From Malacoraja senta (Eukaryota), in assembly GCA_038087875.1 (NCBI GenBank), contig CM075992.1, positions 3,598,001 through 3,662,000 on the forward strand: a stretch of DNA of 64,000 nt. The letters run 5' to 3'. This document shows positions 1-12,430 of the stretch, piece by piece (positions within the stretch are counted from its first letter, which is position 1; the number at the start of each line of letters is the position of its first letter). A program made the position numbers and the translations under genes. Below the pieces are notes generated by a model. That model did no database searches. It worked only from the letters and a program-made list of their open reading frames with translations, and was not told the origin of the DNA.

Positions 1-219
1 CCCTTTAGCCTCTGTGCATACTTTGGGTGTGGGCACAGAGTCAGCCAGCTATCACAACAATTGTGTGGAGTGATCCAGATATCTCCCGCCCCTTTGTGGT
101 CAGGCAGGATGGGATAAACAACTGCCCGGCTATCAGATGTAGCTTCATAGCAAAATGTATTGCACGGATGTACGAAGGGGCAGGTTTCAAGCAGGAGTGG
201 GGAGCAGTCACAACCATTG

Positions 220-422
220 TAGGTAGGAACTGCAGATGCCGGTTTACACCAAAGATAGACACAAAGTGCTGGAGTAACTCAGCGGGACAGGCAGCATCTC
301 TGGAGAACATTGACAGGCGACAGGATGAAGAATCTGAAGAAGGGTTCCGACACGAAACGTCATCTATCCATGTCCTCCAGAGATGCTGCCTGACCAGCTG
401 AGTTACTCCAGCACTTTGTGTT
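220..422. mobile_element. Inverted pair of Penelope terminal units; hammerhead core 334-361 (+)
   Basis: Inverted ACACAAAGTGCTGGAGTAACTCAGC arms. Core CUGAAGA...GAAACGUC with one helix II mismatch. Confidence 0.7.
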
Positions 423-473
423 GTTGAGTGAGAGGCGGATGGAGAATTAGAGAATGGTTCTGAGATGTTAGGT

Positions 474-786
474 CATAGAGTTATACAGAGCGGAAACAGG
501 CCCTTCGGCCCACCGGGTCTGCGCCGACCGGTGATCCCCGCACATTAGCACTATCCTACACACACTAGAAACTTTTTTTTAACATTTACCGAGAAAATTA
601 ACCTACAAACTCGTATGTCTTTGGTGTGTGGGAGGAAACCGAAGATCTCGGAGAAAACCCTCACAGGTCACGGGGAGAACGTACAAACTCTGTAGGGACA
701 GCACCCGTAGTCGGGATCGAACCCGGGTCTCCGGCGCTGCGAGCGTCCCAAGCAGCAACTCTACCGCTGCGCCACTGTGGCCGCCC
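474..786 (-). mobile_element. HE1-like V-SINE
   Basis: tRNA-like head (A box TGGCGCAGCGG, B box GGTTCGATCC), V-domain CGGTTTCCTCCCACAC and CR1-type tail. Confidence 0.88.
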
Positions 787-1111
787 TGTGTGCAGTCTTT
801 GTGCTGGATCACAGCCAGCGTGGGCCCTGGGGCCTTGTTCCCACCCTGTCAGCTCAAGCCTCACTCAATTAATGCGTTCTTTCCGCATTCCTCAGCCACT
901 AATACATGAACCCATCAGTTCCTTTCCTGGCGTTGATCCAGTTAGGCTTCCAGCCCTGTTGGTATTTCTTAGAAGCTTCTTCCCTCAACTCATGATTACG
1001 GGTCTGAAGAAGAGTCTCAACCCGAAACAACACCTATTCTTTTCCTCCAGAGATGCTGTCTGATCCGCTGAGTTACTCCAACTTTTTGTGTCTATCTTCA
1101 ATACTATGAAG

Positions 1112-1205
1112 GTAGACAAAAATGCCGGAGAAACTCAGCGGGTGAGGCAGCATCTATGGAGCGAAGGAAATAGGCAACGTTTCGGGCCGAAACCCTTCTT
1201 CAGAA
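1112..1205 (-). mobile_element. 94-bp Penelope-derived mini-element with hammerhead core (1176-1203)
   Basis: 16-bp TSD CTTCAATACTATGAAG at 1096-1111 and 1206-1221. Core CUGAAGA-A-GGGU(UUCG)GCCC-GAAAC-GUU. Confidence 0.8.
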
Positions 1206-2009
1206 CTTCAATACTATGAAGTTGCTTTGATTCAGGAACGCCAAGCATTGAAGGTGACCATTCAGCCTGCTGTCTTGTGCTAACCCTTTGATATATATCT
1301 CCAGCATTCAGATCCCAACCCTTTGTCAATTATCTGCAGTATTGATCCAGTGTTTATCCACTGCACTTACACGGATGCCTCTGTTATTGCTTACTAACAT
1401 AGAGGTGTCAGGGGTTACGGGGAGAAGGCAGGAGAATGGGGTTGAGAGGGAAAGATAGATCAGCCATGATCGAATGGCGGAGTAGATGTGATGGGCCGAA
1501 TGGCCATCATTCTGCTCCTCTCACTTATGAACCTATGAACTAAATTAATGTTTGGGTTATTCAAGTTGTTTTATTTGCCTTGGGATATTTATACCTGAAC
1601 TTTAAAGAATTGCTGGTGAGGCTTATTTAGTAGAAAAGTATGTTTGAATTTGAATCCGTGTCAATTTATTATTATGTCTCATTTAATTCCCACCACATAC
1701 AGATGTTCCACAGCTACAAAAGTGGACAACAATATTTTATTCATTGCTAATGTGTCCCCAGAGTTCTGGTGTGGTTTGTAACTGGGCCCGAGATAGCGAA
1801 TAGCTGGTCCAAACTACAAGGCTCATCTAGACTACTGTGGAAGGTTGGCCCTGATCTCGGGAAGATCACGATTCCTCTCGCAGTTGGCATTATCCCCACG
1901 TCCCCGCCCATAGCTCTCGATTCCCTGAATTTCCAGCAATCCACAATCAACATCTCCACAGCAACACATGAATAGGTCTCAGCAGTGGATTGTTCCAGAA
2001 TGCAGAACA

Positions 2010-2432
2010 ATAGACAATAGACAATAGGTGCAGGAGTAGGCCATTTGGCCCTTCGAGCCAGCACCGCCATTCAATGTGATCATGGCTGATCATTCCCAAT
2101 CAGTACCCCGTTCCTGCCTTCTCCCCATATCCCCTGACTCCGCTATCTTTAAGAGCCCTATCTAGCTCTCTCTTGAAAGCACCCAGAGAACCGGTCTCCA
2201 CCGCCCTCTGAGGGGGAGAATTCCACAGACTCACCACTCTCTGTGAGAAAAAGTGTTTCCTCGTCTCCGTTCTAAATGGCTTACTCCTTATTCTTAAACT
2301 GTGTGGCCCCTGGTTCTGGACTTCCCCCAACATCGGGAACATGTTTCCTGCCTCTAGCATGTCCAAGCCCTTAACAATCTTATATGTTTCAATGAGATCC
2401 CCCTCATCCTTCTAAACTCCAGAGTGTACAAG
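2010..2432 (-). mobile_element. CR1 LINE 3' fragment
   Basis: ORF2 C-terminus and (ATTGTCT)n tail. Confidence 0.9.
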
Positions 2433-2658
2433 CCTCCATTCTCTCAAGGAATAAAGAAATTTCTCATCTCAGTCTTCAATGGCTGATCCCATATCCTGAG
2501 ACTGGTCCCCTGCTGTTTTGGCCTCCAGGGTATAAATAGTGGCATCAGAAGCCTGGACATTAGTTGGCAGCACGGTGGGGCAGCAGTGGAGTCCTGGGTT
2601 TCACATAGTGGTGGCATTGTGGTGCAGCGGGACGGTCCGATATAGTTGGACATATCGT

Positions 2659-2961
2659 GGGCGGCATGGTAGCGCAGCAGGAGAGGTTGCTGCCTTACAG
2701 CGCCGGAGACCCAGGTTTTCGACCCCGACTGCGGGTGTTGTCTGTACGGAGTTTGTCCCTTCTCCCCGTGACCTGCGTGGCCTTTCTCCGAGATCTTCGG
2801 TTTCCTCCCACACTCCAAAGACGTACAGGTCTGTAGGTTAATTGGCTTGGTGTAAATGTGTAAATTGTTCCTAGTGTGTGCAGGATAGCCTTAGTGTGTG
2901 GGGATCGCTGGTCTGTGTGGACTTGGTGGGCCGAAGGACCTATTTCCGTGCTGTATCTCTA
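2659..2961 (+). mobile_element. HE1-like V-SINE
   Basis: Same head, body and tail. Confidence 0.85.
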
Positions 2962-3468
2962 TCAAAAAAAAATAAACCAAGATATTTGGGGACAATCAGA
3001 GAATTTAAACTCCAGAGAATCTCATTTTAATCTAAACGCAACCCAAATTATTTTCTATGTCTGACAAGGCCTTATCCACATTTGTTTATTGTTTCCAGAC
3101 CAGCGCTATCGAAAAGATCTGTTAACTGGCGTAAGTATGTGTGTTGTTTGTCTCATTCATTCATTTTCTGAAACTCACCAGCAATGGTCCACAAACACAG
3201 CCAACGGATTTCATTTTCCTCTCGTTTCCCAGAGTTCAGATCCAATCCCAGAAGAGACTGAAGTTGAAGAATTGGCTCCTTGCAATAGCTCGATGGAAAA
3301 GCATCCCACCAGGTTTGCCCTGCGTTGGGAAGATAAAAAGAGGAATTCCGGAAATCAACCGAGGGCTTGGGTGGCTGAGAGACTTTTGCTTTGCTTTTAG
3401 ACTTTAGAGATACAGCACAGAAACAGGCCCTTCGGCCCACCGAGTCCAGTGATCACCCCGTACACTAA

Positions 3469-3853
3469 TGGGCCTGTCCCACTTAGGCGTTTTTTTCCGG
3501 CGATTGCCGGCGACTGTCATAGTCGTAGCAGGTCACCGAAAAAACGGCGACTGGACCCCCCCCCTACGACAATGTCTCCGACAATGTCGACAACAACCTA
3601 CCTCCTAGTCGACGTCAAAATTCAGCGGCGATCGGAAAAAGGTATGACTCTTTGGGCTACCAACCACCAAACAGGCGTCACCCCGCAACATGTCGCGGGG
3701 TGACTCCTGTTTGGTGGTGAGTAGTCGCCCAAAGAGTCGTACCTTTTTCTTGTCGCTGCTGGATTTTCAACATGTTGAGAATTTTCGGCAACCTGCTGTG
3801 ACTATGACGGGTGCCAGCAAGTCGCAGAAAAAATATCGTAAGTGACAGGCCCT
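3469..3853. mobile_element. PIF/Harbinger-type MITE
   Basis: TIR GGGCCTGTCCCACTTA, right copy with a 2-bp deletion. Left flank TAA. Confidence 0.75.
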
Positions 3854-3924
3854 TTGGAGGGAGGTGGGACTAGCATCGATGGCGCATATTTGTCCACATG
3901 GACAAGTTGGCTCAACATCTTGTT

Positions 3925-4890
3925 TAGAAACATAGAAAATAGGTGCAGGAGGGGGCCATTCGGCCCTTCGAGCCAGCACCACCATTCATTGTGATCATGG
4001 CTGATCGGCCCCAATCAATATTCCGTGCCTGCCTTCTCCCCATATCCCTTGATTCCACTAGCCCCTAGAGCTCTATCTAACTCTCTCTTAAATCCATCCA
4101 GTGATTTGGCCTCCACTGCAGGGAATTCCACAAATTCACAACTCTGGGTGAAAACGTTTTTTCTCACCTCAGTCTTAAATGGCCTCCCCTTTAGTCTAGG
4201 ACTGTGGCCCCTGGTTCTGGACTCGCCCAACATTGGGAACATTTTTCCGGCATCTAGCTTGTCCAGTCCTTCTATAATTTTATATGTTTCTATAAGAACC
4301 CCCTCATCCTTCTAAACTCCAGTGAATACAAGCCTAGTCTTTTCAATCTTTCCTCATATGACAGTCACGCCATCCCAGGGATCAATCTTGTGAACCTACG
4401 CTGCACTGCCTCAATCACAAGGATATCCTTCCTCAAATTAGGAGACCAAAACTGTACGCAATACTCCAGATGTGGTCTTACCAGAGCCCTATACAACTGC
4501 AGAAGAACCTCTTTACCCCTATACTGAAATCCTCTTGTTATGAAGGCCAACATTCCATTAGCTTTCTTCACTGCCTGCTGTACCTGGACGCCATCTTTCA
4601 GTGACCGGTGTACAAGGACACCCAGGTCTCGCTGCACCTCCCCCTTACCTAACCTAACACCATTGAGATAATAATCTGCCCCCTTGTTTTTGCCGCCAAA
4701 GTGGATAACCTCACATTTATCTATATTATACTGCATCTGCCACGCATCTGCCCACTCACTCAACCTGTCCAGGTCACCCTGCAACCTCCTAACATCCTCT
4801 TCACAGTTCACACTGCCACCCAGCTTTGTGTCATCTGCAAACTTGCTAGTGTTGCTCCTAATACCTTCTTCCAAATCATTAATATATATG
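3925..4890 (-). mobile_element. CR1 LINE 3' fragment
   Basis: [10 protein letters not shown]...[15 protein letters not shown]...KGYGEKAG, with tail. Confidence 0.95.
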
Positions 4891-4927
4891 GTAATATATA
4901 TCCCTGCTCTATGACTCTATCACTATG

Positions 4928-5246
4928 TTTTAGTTTAGTTTAGAGATGCAGCGCGGAAACAGGCCCTTCAGCCCACCAGGTCCGCGCCGACCAGCGATCC
5001 CCGCATATTAACACTATCCTACACACACTAACGACAATTTTTACATTGATCAAGCTAATTAACCTTCAAACCTGTACGTCTTTGGAGTGTGGGAGGAAAC
5101 CGAAGATCTCGGAGAAAAGCCACGCGGTCACGGGGAGAACGTACAAACTCCGTACAGACAGCACCCGTAGTCGGGATCGAACCCAGGTTTCCGGCGCTGC
5201 AAGCGCTGTAAGGCAGCAACTCCACCGCCACGCCACCGTGCCGCCC
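4928..5246 (-). mobile_element. HE1-like V-SINE (followed by an inverted tail to ~5355)
   Basis: Full length with (CTAAA)n tail. Confidence 0.88.
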
Positions 5247-7063
5247 ATTGTCCCTAGTGTGTGTGTAGGCTGGTGTCAGTGTGCGGGGATCGCTGGTCAG
5301 CGCAGACTCAGTGGGCCGAAAGGCCTGTTTCCATGCTGTATCTCTAAACTAAACCCTTCAGTGGACAAGAAACAGAAAGATATGAACCTGAAGTGAGTAA
5401 ATGGGATTAGTGTTGATGCTCACGATAGTCAGTGTAGACGTGATGGGCTGAAGGGCCTGTTTCTCTGCTGCATAACTCAAAGTCTCTAAACCCCTCTTCC
5501 TGGGGTTAGGAGGGAGAGATAGATTAGCCATGATTGAATGGCGGAGTGGACTTGATGGGCTGAATGGCCTAATTCTGCTCCTATTATGACTATTACCTTA
5601 TGAGGACACAAAGTGCTGGAGTAACTCAGCGGGTCAGGCAGCATCTCTGGGGAACACAGATAGCTGACGTCCCGGGATGGGGCCCTTCCTCTAACTCTCC
5701 GAATCTGTGACCAAATCTTTGATCGCTTGCTCCAATACTTTTCATCTTGATGTCAAATTATTATAGACAATAGACAATAGGTGCAGGAGCAGGCCATTCG
5801 GCCCATCGAGCCAGCACCGTCATTCATGGCTGATCATCCCCAATCAGTACCCCGTTCCTGCCTTCTCCCCATATCCCCTGACTCTGCTATTTTTAAGAGC
5901 CCAATCTAGCTCTCTCTTGAAAGCATCCAGAGAACCTGCCTCCACCGCCCTCTGAGGCAGAGAATTCCACAGACTAATTTTTAGTATGTCGTCCTATGAA
6001 GCTGAATGATGTGTTTATACCATGGTGGAGGTGAGACACAAATGCTAGTTATAATTGTCTACACCGGAAAAAATTAAAACTTTGACATTCCTGTGGTTAG
6101 TTCAAATTTGTTTTTATATTTACTTAGGTTAAAAATGTGGTGTTTGGTTGGCTGTGTCGTAACCTGTTTGGGTGCAAATCTGCTTGGCAGAGGCTCTTGT
6201 GCAGATTACAGTTCATTGAGTTCACTCTGGTAGTTTAGTTTAGCTGAGAGAGACAGCATGGAAACGGGCCCTTCGGCCCACCGAGTCCGTGCCGACCGAA
6301 TGATCATCCATTCACACTAGTTCTATATTATCCCACCTTCTCACCCACTCCCTGCACTACACACTAGGGTCAATTAACCTAAAAACCCTCACGTCATTGG
6401 GAATGTCAGGAAGAAACCGGAGCACTTGGAGGAAACTCACTGGGTCGCAGGGAGAATGTGCAAACTCCACACAGACAGCACCCGAGGTCAGAATCAAACC
6501 CGGGTGTCTGTGGTTGTGAGGCAGCAGCTCCTCCAGGTGCCGCACTGTTAATGGGCATAAGGTAGTTAAAAGGTGTTGGGAAAATAGGTGGATTGATGTG
6601 ATTACTCCGAGAGCTAGTATAGACTCAGTGGGCCGAATGGTGACCTCCCAACGTCAAATGGAAACAGCATTCAGCATGCACCACTAGCCGTGCTTATGCC
6701 CAGTCATGGGCAGGGAAGATATCCATGCATTGTTGGTAAGGTTGTTGGTTAGTCCTTTAAATTCTAGAGATACAGCATGGAAACAGGCCCTTCGGCCCAT
6801 CGAGTCCAGGCTGAGCAGCAATCACCCCCGTACACCAACCTACACGTACTGGGGTCAATGTCACAACTTACCGAAGCCAATTAACCTACAAACCTGCACG
6901 TCTTTGGATCGTGGGAGGAAACCAGAGCACCCGGAGAAAACCCACCCGGCCACAGGGAGAGGGTACGATCAGCACCCATAATCAGGATGGAGCCCAGGAA
7001 CCTGGCGCTGTGAGGCAGCAACTCTACCGTTACGCCACCATGCCACCCACGGTCTGTAAGTAA

Positions 7064-7596
7064 TGGCCCTGTCCCACGGGCATGCGGTAACAGGCGGTGA
7101 AGCGCGGCGTCCCCGGAAACGGGGACCGCGCGGCTACCACGGGAGCGCCGCGCGGGGGGCCGAGTGTTCACCGTACGGCCGGTCCCACGAGCATGCGGCA
7201 AGTGCAACCTAACCGGAAGCGGTTGCCGCGCGGGGGGCCGAGTGTTTACCGTACGGCCTGTCCCACGAGCATGCGAATGCATGCGGCGAGCGCGGCGTCG
7301 GGTGATGACGTCATCGCGCAACGCAACGAGCTACGCGATGACGTCGAGACGGCTCGCGGCGTCCAGGCGGTGCTCGCGGTGAAGAGGCGGCGGCTGGGCG
7401 GCAGGCCGAGATTTTTGGACAGTGTCAGTTTTTCTAAGCACCGCGCGGTGTCGGGGCCAACTACATACGGTTCCGGCGATCTGCGTGGGACCGCCCCGCG
7501 GGCCATGCACGGTCCCCTAGCGGTCTATGTGCGGTCCCCACTTCCTGCTACACCGAGCTTCACCGCCAGTAACCGCCTGCCCGTGGGACAGGGCTA
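7064..7596. mobile_element. PIF/Harbinger-type MITE, CpG-rich
   Basis: Imperfect TIR of 40 bp or more, GCCCTGTCCCACGGGCA.GCGGT.AC.GGCGGTGAAGC. Flanks TAA/TTA. Confidence 0.85.
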
Positions 7597-7906
7597 TTAG
7601 AGTGCTGGTTATTAATGTGAAATTTGTTACTATTTACCTGCTCAGAGATACTGTAACCAACATCAATACAGAATGCCTCAGTGGTCAATGGACTGAGATT
7701 AATGAGAAGACAATGTTCCACACAACAACAGAATATTTAGGCCTCCACAACAAACAGCGGAACATGTTGACCAGCGAGTGTAACCCAACAATTCCTCCTA
7801 CTTGCCTTTGTTCCCTACAATTAGACTAGCTCGCCAATGACTTGGCAAAAACCTTTCAAAACAATGACCTGTAACTATTTTGTTACATTAACCAGCCTAT
7901 CTTTAA

Positions 7907-8439
7907 AAGGCCTGCCTCACGAGTCTGCGGTCATTGGCGGCGAAACAGGAAGAATCTACCGCTCCTGGGCCGCCATAGACCGCGCACTCGGTCAAACGCA
8001 CAATTCCGGGGCCGTGCGGCGTTGTTCCCAACACCGCACGGTGCTAAAATAAAACCAACACTGTTCAAAAATATGTCCCTACCGCACAGCCTCCGCCAGT
8101 GTGGCTCGAGCGCCGTGCGTCGAACTTGCACCGCCACAGCCTCCGCCAGTGAGGCACGTGTGCGGCACGGCCGCCGCCACAGCCACCGCTACAGCGCCGC
8201 GATCAGGACGGCCGCCGCCGCAGCCCCGCAGATCCAAAATGACGTCATCGCAGTCGGCCCGCCCTTTTTTTAACTTACCGCAAGCACGTGGGACCAGCCG
8301 TATTTAAATCACTTGGCCCCCGCGCAGCATCCGTGCGGCGCTCCTGTGGCATAGGCTCGGCGCTCTCGTCATTGCCGTGCGGTCCCCTCTACAGGTGAAG
8401 CTTCACCGCCGATGACCGCAACACCGTGAGACAGAGCCT
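7907..8439. mobile_element. PIF/Harbinger-type MITE, CpG-rich
   Basis: Imperfect ~39-bp TIR (CTCACG...TGCGGTCAT.GGCGG.GAA). TAA on both sides. Confidence 0.8.
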
Positions 8440-8889
8440 TAACTGACGGGTGTCAGGGGTTATGGGGAGAAGGCAGGAGAATGGGTTGAGAGGGAGAGAT
8501 AGATCAGCCATGATTGATTGGGGGAGTAGACGTGAAGGGCCGAATGGCCTAGTTCAGTTTAGTTTAGAGATACAGTGTGGAAACAGGCCCTTCGGCCCAC
8601 CGAGTCCACGCCGAATGTCGCCCATTCCTTTTCTCCAGAGACGCTGCCTGTCCCGCTGAGTTACTCCAGCAATTTGTGTCCACCTTCGATTTAAACCAGC
8701 ATCTGCAGTTCTTTCTTACACCCCAGCGGTATGAACATTGACTTCTCTAACTTCCCCCGAGTGTGTAGGGAGGGGAAGAGCAATTGGGATGACGTAGAAC
8801 TAGTGTGAACAGGTGATCGATGGTCGGAACGGACTGGGTGGGCCGAAGGGCTTGTTTCCATGCTGTACCTCTGAACTCAACAGAAGCAG

Positions 8890-9089
8890 NNNNNNNNNNN
8901 NNNNNNNNNNNNNNNNNNNNNNNNNNNNNNNNNNNNNNNNNNNNNNNNNNNNNNNNNNNNNNNNNNNNNNNNNNNNNNNNNNNNNNNNNNNNNNNNNNNN
9001 NNNNNNNNNNNNNNNNNNNNNNNNNNNNNNNNNNNNNNNNNNNNNNNNNNNNNNNNNNNNNNNNNNNNNNNNNNNNNNNNNNNNNNNNN
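8890..9089. other. Assembly gap (200 N)
   Basis: Run of N. Confidence 1.
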
Positions 9090-9344
9090 CTGAGTTTCTC
9101 CAGCACTTTTGTCTCCCTTCGATTTTCCAGCATCTGCAGTTCCTTCTTAAAGCCTTCGCATCCTTCCTGTTATGAGGTGACCAGAACTACACACAATTTT
9201 CCAAATGGTCAGCGTCTCCTTTATTATCCCGTGTACCAAGTTACAGTGAATCTCTTTTTTCATATTGAGCAGAAAGATTTTTGCCAGAGATAAGTAGAAT
9301 ACATTTTTTGTTTAGTTTAGCTTAGAGATACAGCGAGGACACAT

Positions 9345-10005
9345 AGATACATAGATACATAGAAAATAGGTGCAGGAGTAGGCCATTCGGCCCTTCGAGC
9401 CTGCACCGCCATTCAATATGATCATGGCTGATCATCCAACTCAGTATCCCGTACCTGCCTTCTCTCCATACCCCCTGATCCCTTTAGCCACAAGGGCCAC
9501 ATCTAACTCCCTCTTAAATATAGCCAATGAACTGGCCTCAACTACCCTCTGTGGCAGAGAGTTCCAGAGATTCACCACTCTCTGTGTGAAAACGTTTTTC
9601 CTCATCTCGGTCTTAAAGGATTTCCCCCTTATCCTTAAGCTGTGACCCCTTGTCCTGGACTTCCCCAACATCGGGAACAATCTTCCTGCATCTAGCCTGT
9701 CCAACCCCATCAGAATTTTGTACGTTTCTATAAGATCCCCTCTCAATCTCCTAAATTCTAGCGAGTATAAGCCAAGTCTACCCAGTCTTTCTTCATATGA
9801 AAGTCCTGACATCCCAGGAATCAGTCTGGTGAACCTTCTCTGCACTCCCTCTATGGCTATAATGTCCTTCCTCAGATTTGGAGACCAAAACTGTACGCAA
9901 TACTCCAGGTGTGGTCTCACCAAGACCCTGTACAACTGCAGTAGAACCTCCCTGCTCCTATACTCAAATCCTCTTGCTATGAAGGCCAACATACCATTCG
10001 CTTTC
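9345..10005 (-). mobile_element. CR1 LINE 3' fragment
   Basis: 183-aa open ORF2 C-terminus and tail. Confidence 0.95.
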
Positions 10006-10677
10006 TGACACAGATCCTTCGGCCCAACGAGCTCGCATCGACCAGCGATCCCCGCACATTAACACAATCCTACACACACTGTACCAATATATGTCGAAGG
10101 GCCGAATGGCCTACTCCTGCACCTATTTTCTATGTATCTATGTATGTCTATACCAAGTATAGAAACCCAAGCCAATTAACCTACAAACCTTTATGTCTTT
10201 GGAGTGTGGGAGTAAACTGGACCAGCTGGAGAAAACCCACGCAGGTCACGGGGAGAACGTACAAACTCCGTATAGACCGCACCCGTAGTCGGGATCAAAC
10301 CCGGGTCTCAAGTGCCGCAAGGCAGCAACTCTACCGCTGTGCCACTGTGCTGCATGTAGGAAGGAACTGCAGATGCTGGTTTACACCAAAGATAGACACA
10401 AAACGCTGGAGTAACTCAGCGGGACAGGCAGCATCTCCGGAGAGAAGGAATGGGTGATGTTTCGGGTCAGAATCCTTCTTCAGACTTAAGTAGAATAAGT
10501 ACATGCAGCCTAACCAATGTTTTACAAAGCAGCAGCATGACTTTCTGACTTCTACTCAATGCCCCATGGAGCTGTCAGAACTGTTCATGACTAACAGGTG
10601 GTGGCGATCATCAGTGGCACATGAAGACACACCGGCAAGCTACAGTAACTATTAATTGTTGCAGGAAGCAACTGCAG

Positions 10678-10678
<1 letters not shown>

Positions 10679-10734
<56 letters not shown>

Positions 10735-10826
10735 TTAATAATAATAATAATATTAATAATATTAATAATATTATTATTAATAATAATAATAATATTAATA
10801 ATAATAATATTAATAATAATAATAAA
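10679..10826. repeat. (AAT)n microsatellite
   Basis: Seen directly. Sits at the tail of a minus-strand LINE fragment. Confidence 0.98.
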
Positions 10827-11759
10827 TACTTTATTGATCCCCTCAGGGAAATTCAGATGTCCAGAGCCCCCAACCAACAAACCCACACATTCAAAATGAA
10901 CGCAGACAGAAAATACATAAAATACAATGTGGACACTACCTGAGAGCAATAATACTTAAAAAACCAATAATTAACAATTAAAAATTAAAAAATGCAAAAA
11001 TGCATCCCCCTACAGCCAAATTATAAAATCTAATGGCTGCAGGGGTGAAGGATCTCCAGAACTGCTCCGTTCTACAGCGCAGGGAAAGGAGCCTGATGTT
11101 GTTCCGAGTGCTCTTTTGACCCTCCAGAATTACATGGAGGGGATGCCCTGGGTTTTTCAGATGCTGGTTTCTAGCAAAGATAGATACAAAATGCTGGAGT
11201 AACTCAGCGGGACAGGCGGCATCTCAGGAGAGAAGGAAAGGGTGACGTTTCGGGTCGAGACCCTTCTCCAGACTCGATCCGAAATGCCTCTCCAGAGATG
11301 CTGCCTGTCCCGCTGAGTTACTCCAGCATTCTTTAACCATAAGTTGGTATTGGTTCATTATTGCCTGGTGTATTGAGATACAGTGAAAAACGTTGTTTTT
11401 GCTAACCAGGCAAAACATTGGGTACTTGGCCTCATGAGGCAGTGCAACTGAGAAAATAAAGAGTAGAGAATAAAAATGCCGACAATCAAACAGCATTTTT
11501 CCAGGGAAAATGGAGAGAATGTGTGAACAGATGTGCACTTTATGCTGGGTGAAGCTTCATCTAGAATTGATTTCTTTGGAACGATTATTTTCTTTGAACT
11601 GGTATTTATTTCCTTTGGCCAAGAGAAGACCTAATTATGTGTCTAGGATTCTTGCAAGGTTTAGATTAAGTGGATAGGAAAAACAGTGGCCAGAACATAA
11701 CCTTAAGGTAAAGATAACAGATCTGAGAGAGACGAGGATTCATTTCTCACTGAGTGGAG

Positions 11760-12180
11760 AGGCACGGTGGCGCAGCGGTAGAGTTGCTGCCCCACAGCGC
11801 CAGAGACCCGGGTTCCATCCTGACTATGGGTGCTGCCTGTATGGAGTTTGCACGTTCTCCCTGTGACTGTGTGGGTTTTTTTCAGATGCTCCGGTTTTGC
11901 TCCCCACACTCCAAAGACATACAGGTTTGCAGGTCTTCTTGTGTATGGCGTGCACAGCCTAAAGTTGTAGGCCAACTTGTTCTATTTGATTGCATTCGTC
12001 GAAACAAGTTGGACCAGGTGAAGGTTGCAATCTCCCACCCCAGGTTTGCAGATTAATTGTCTTTGGTAAGTTGTACAATTGTCCCTAGTGTGTGTAGGTT
12101 GGGGCACGGGGTGATCACTGGTCCGCACGGACTCGATGGGCTGAAGGGCCATTGTATCTCTAGAAGTCTAAAGTCTAAAG
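11760..12180 (+). mobile_element. HE1-like V-SINE (interrupted)
   Basis: Hosts the 11935-12041 insertion. Confidence 0.85.
11935..12041 (-). mobile_element. HDV-headed retroposon, copy 3 (internally deleted, ribozyme degraded)
   Basis: TSD AGGTTTGCAG(G/A)T at 11923-11934 and 12042-12053. P1 mismatch and L3 UUCACCU. Confidence 0.85.
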
Positions 12181-12430
12181 TTTAAAACCCGCAGCATTGT
12201 CTCGTGTTGCCGATTCCGTTAACGCTGCAACCTCCAATCATCGACCCTTCTCCCATGGAAATAGTTTCCTTCACTTTATCGGTTAAGTTTGTACAAGTCA
12301 CGCTGTCACACTATTGCAGGACTGAGGGAGTGCAGCATTGGTGGAGGAGTTGTCCATTAGATGTGATGTTAAGTCCACGCCCCACTCATTCTCTTACAAT
12401 CACCTACTGGTCCCAGCACAACCTTTGTTA

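Noticed and set aside
7097..7600. GC-rich ORFs or a host CpG-island promoter
   Set aside because: They lie almost entirely within a TIR-bounded MITE, and stop codons are rare at high GC.
10611..10949. Poly-Ile/poly-Asn ORFs (also the NSTQL ORF at 48964)
   Set aside because: Microsatellite translations.
11760..11830. tRNA genes
   Set aside because: The A/B-box sequences are SINE heads that continue directly into the V-domain.
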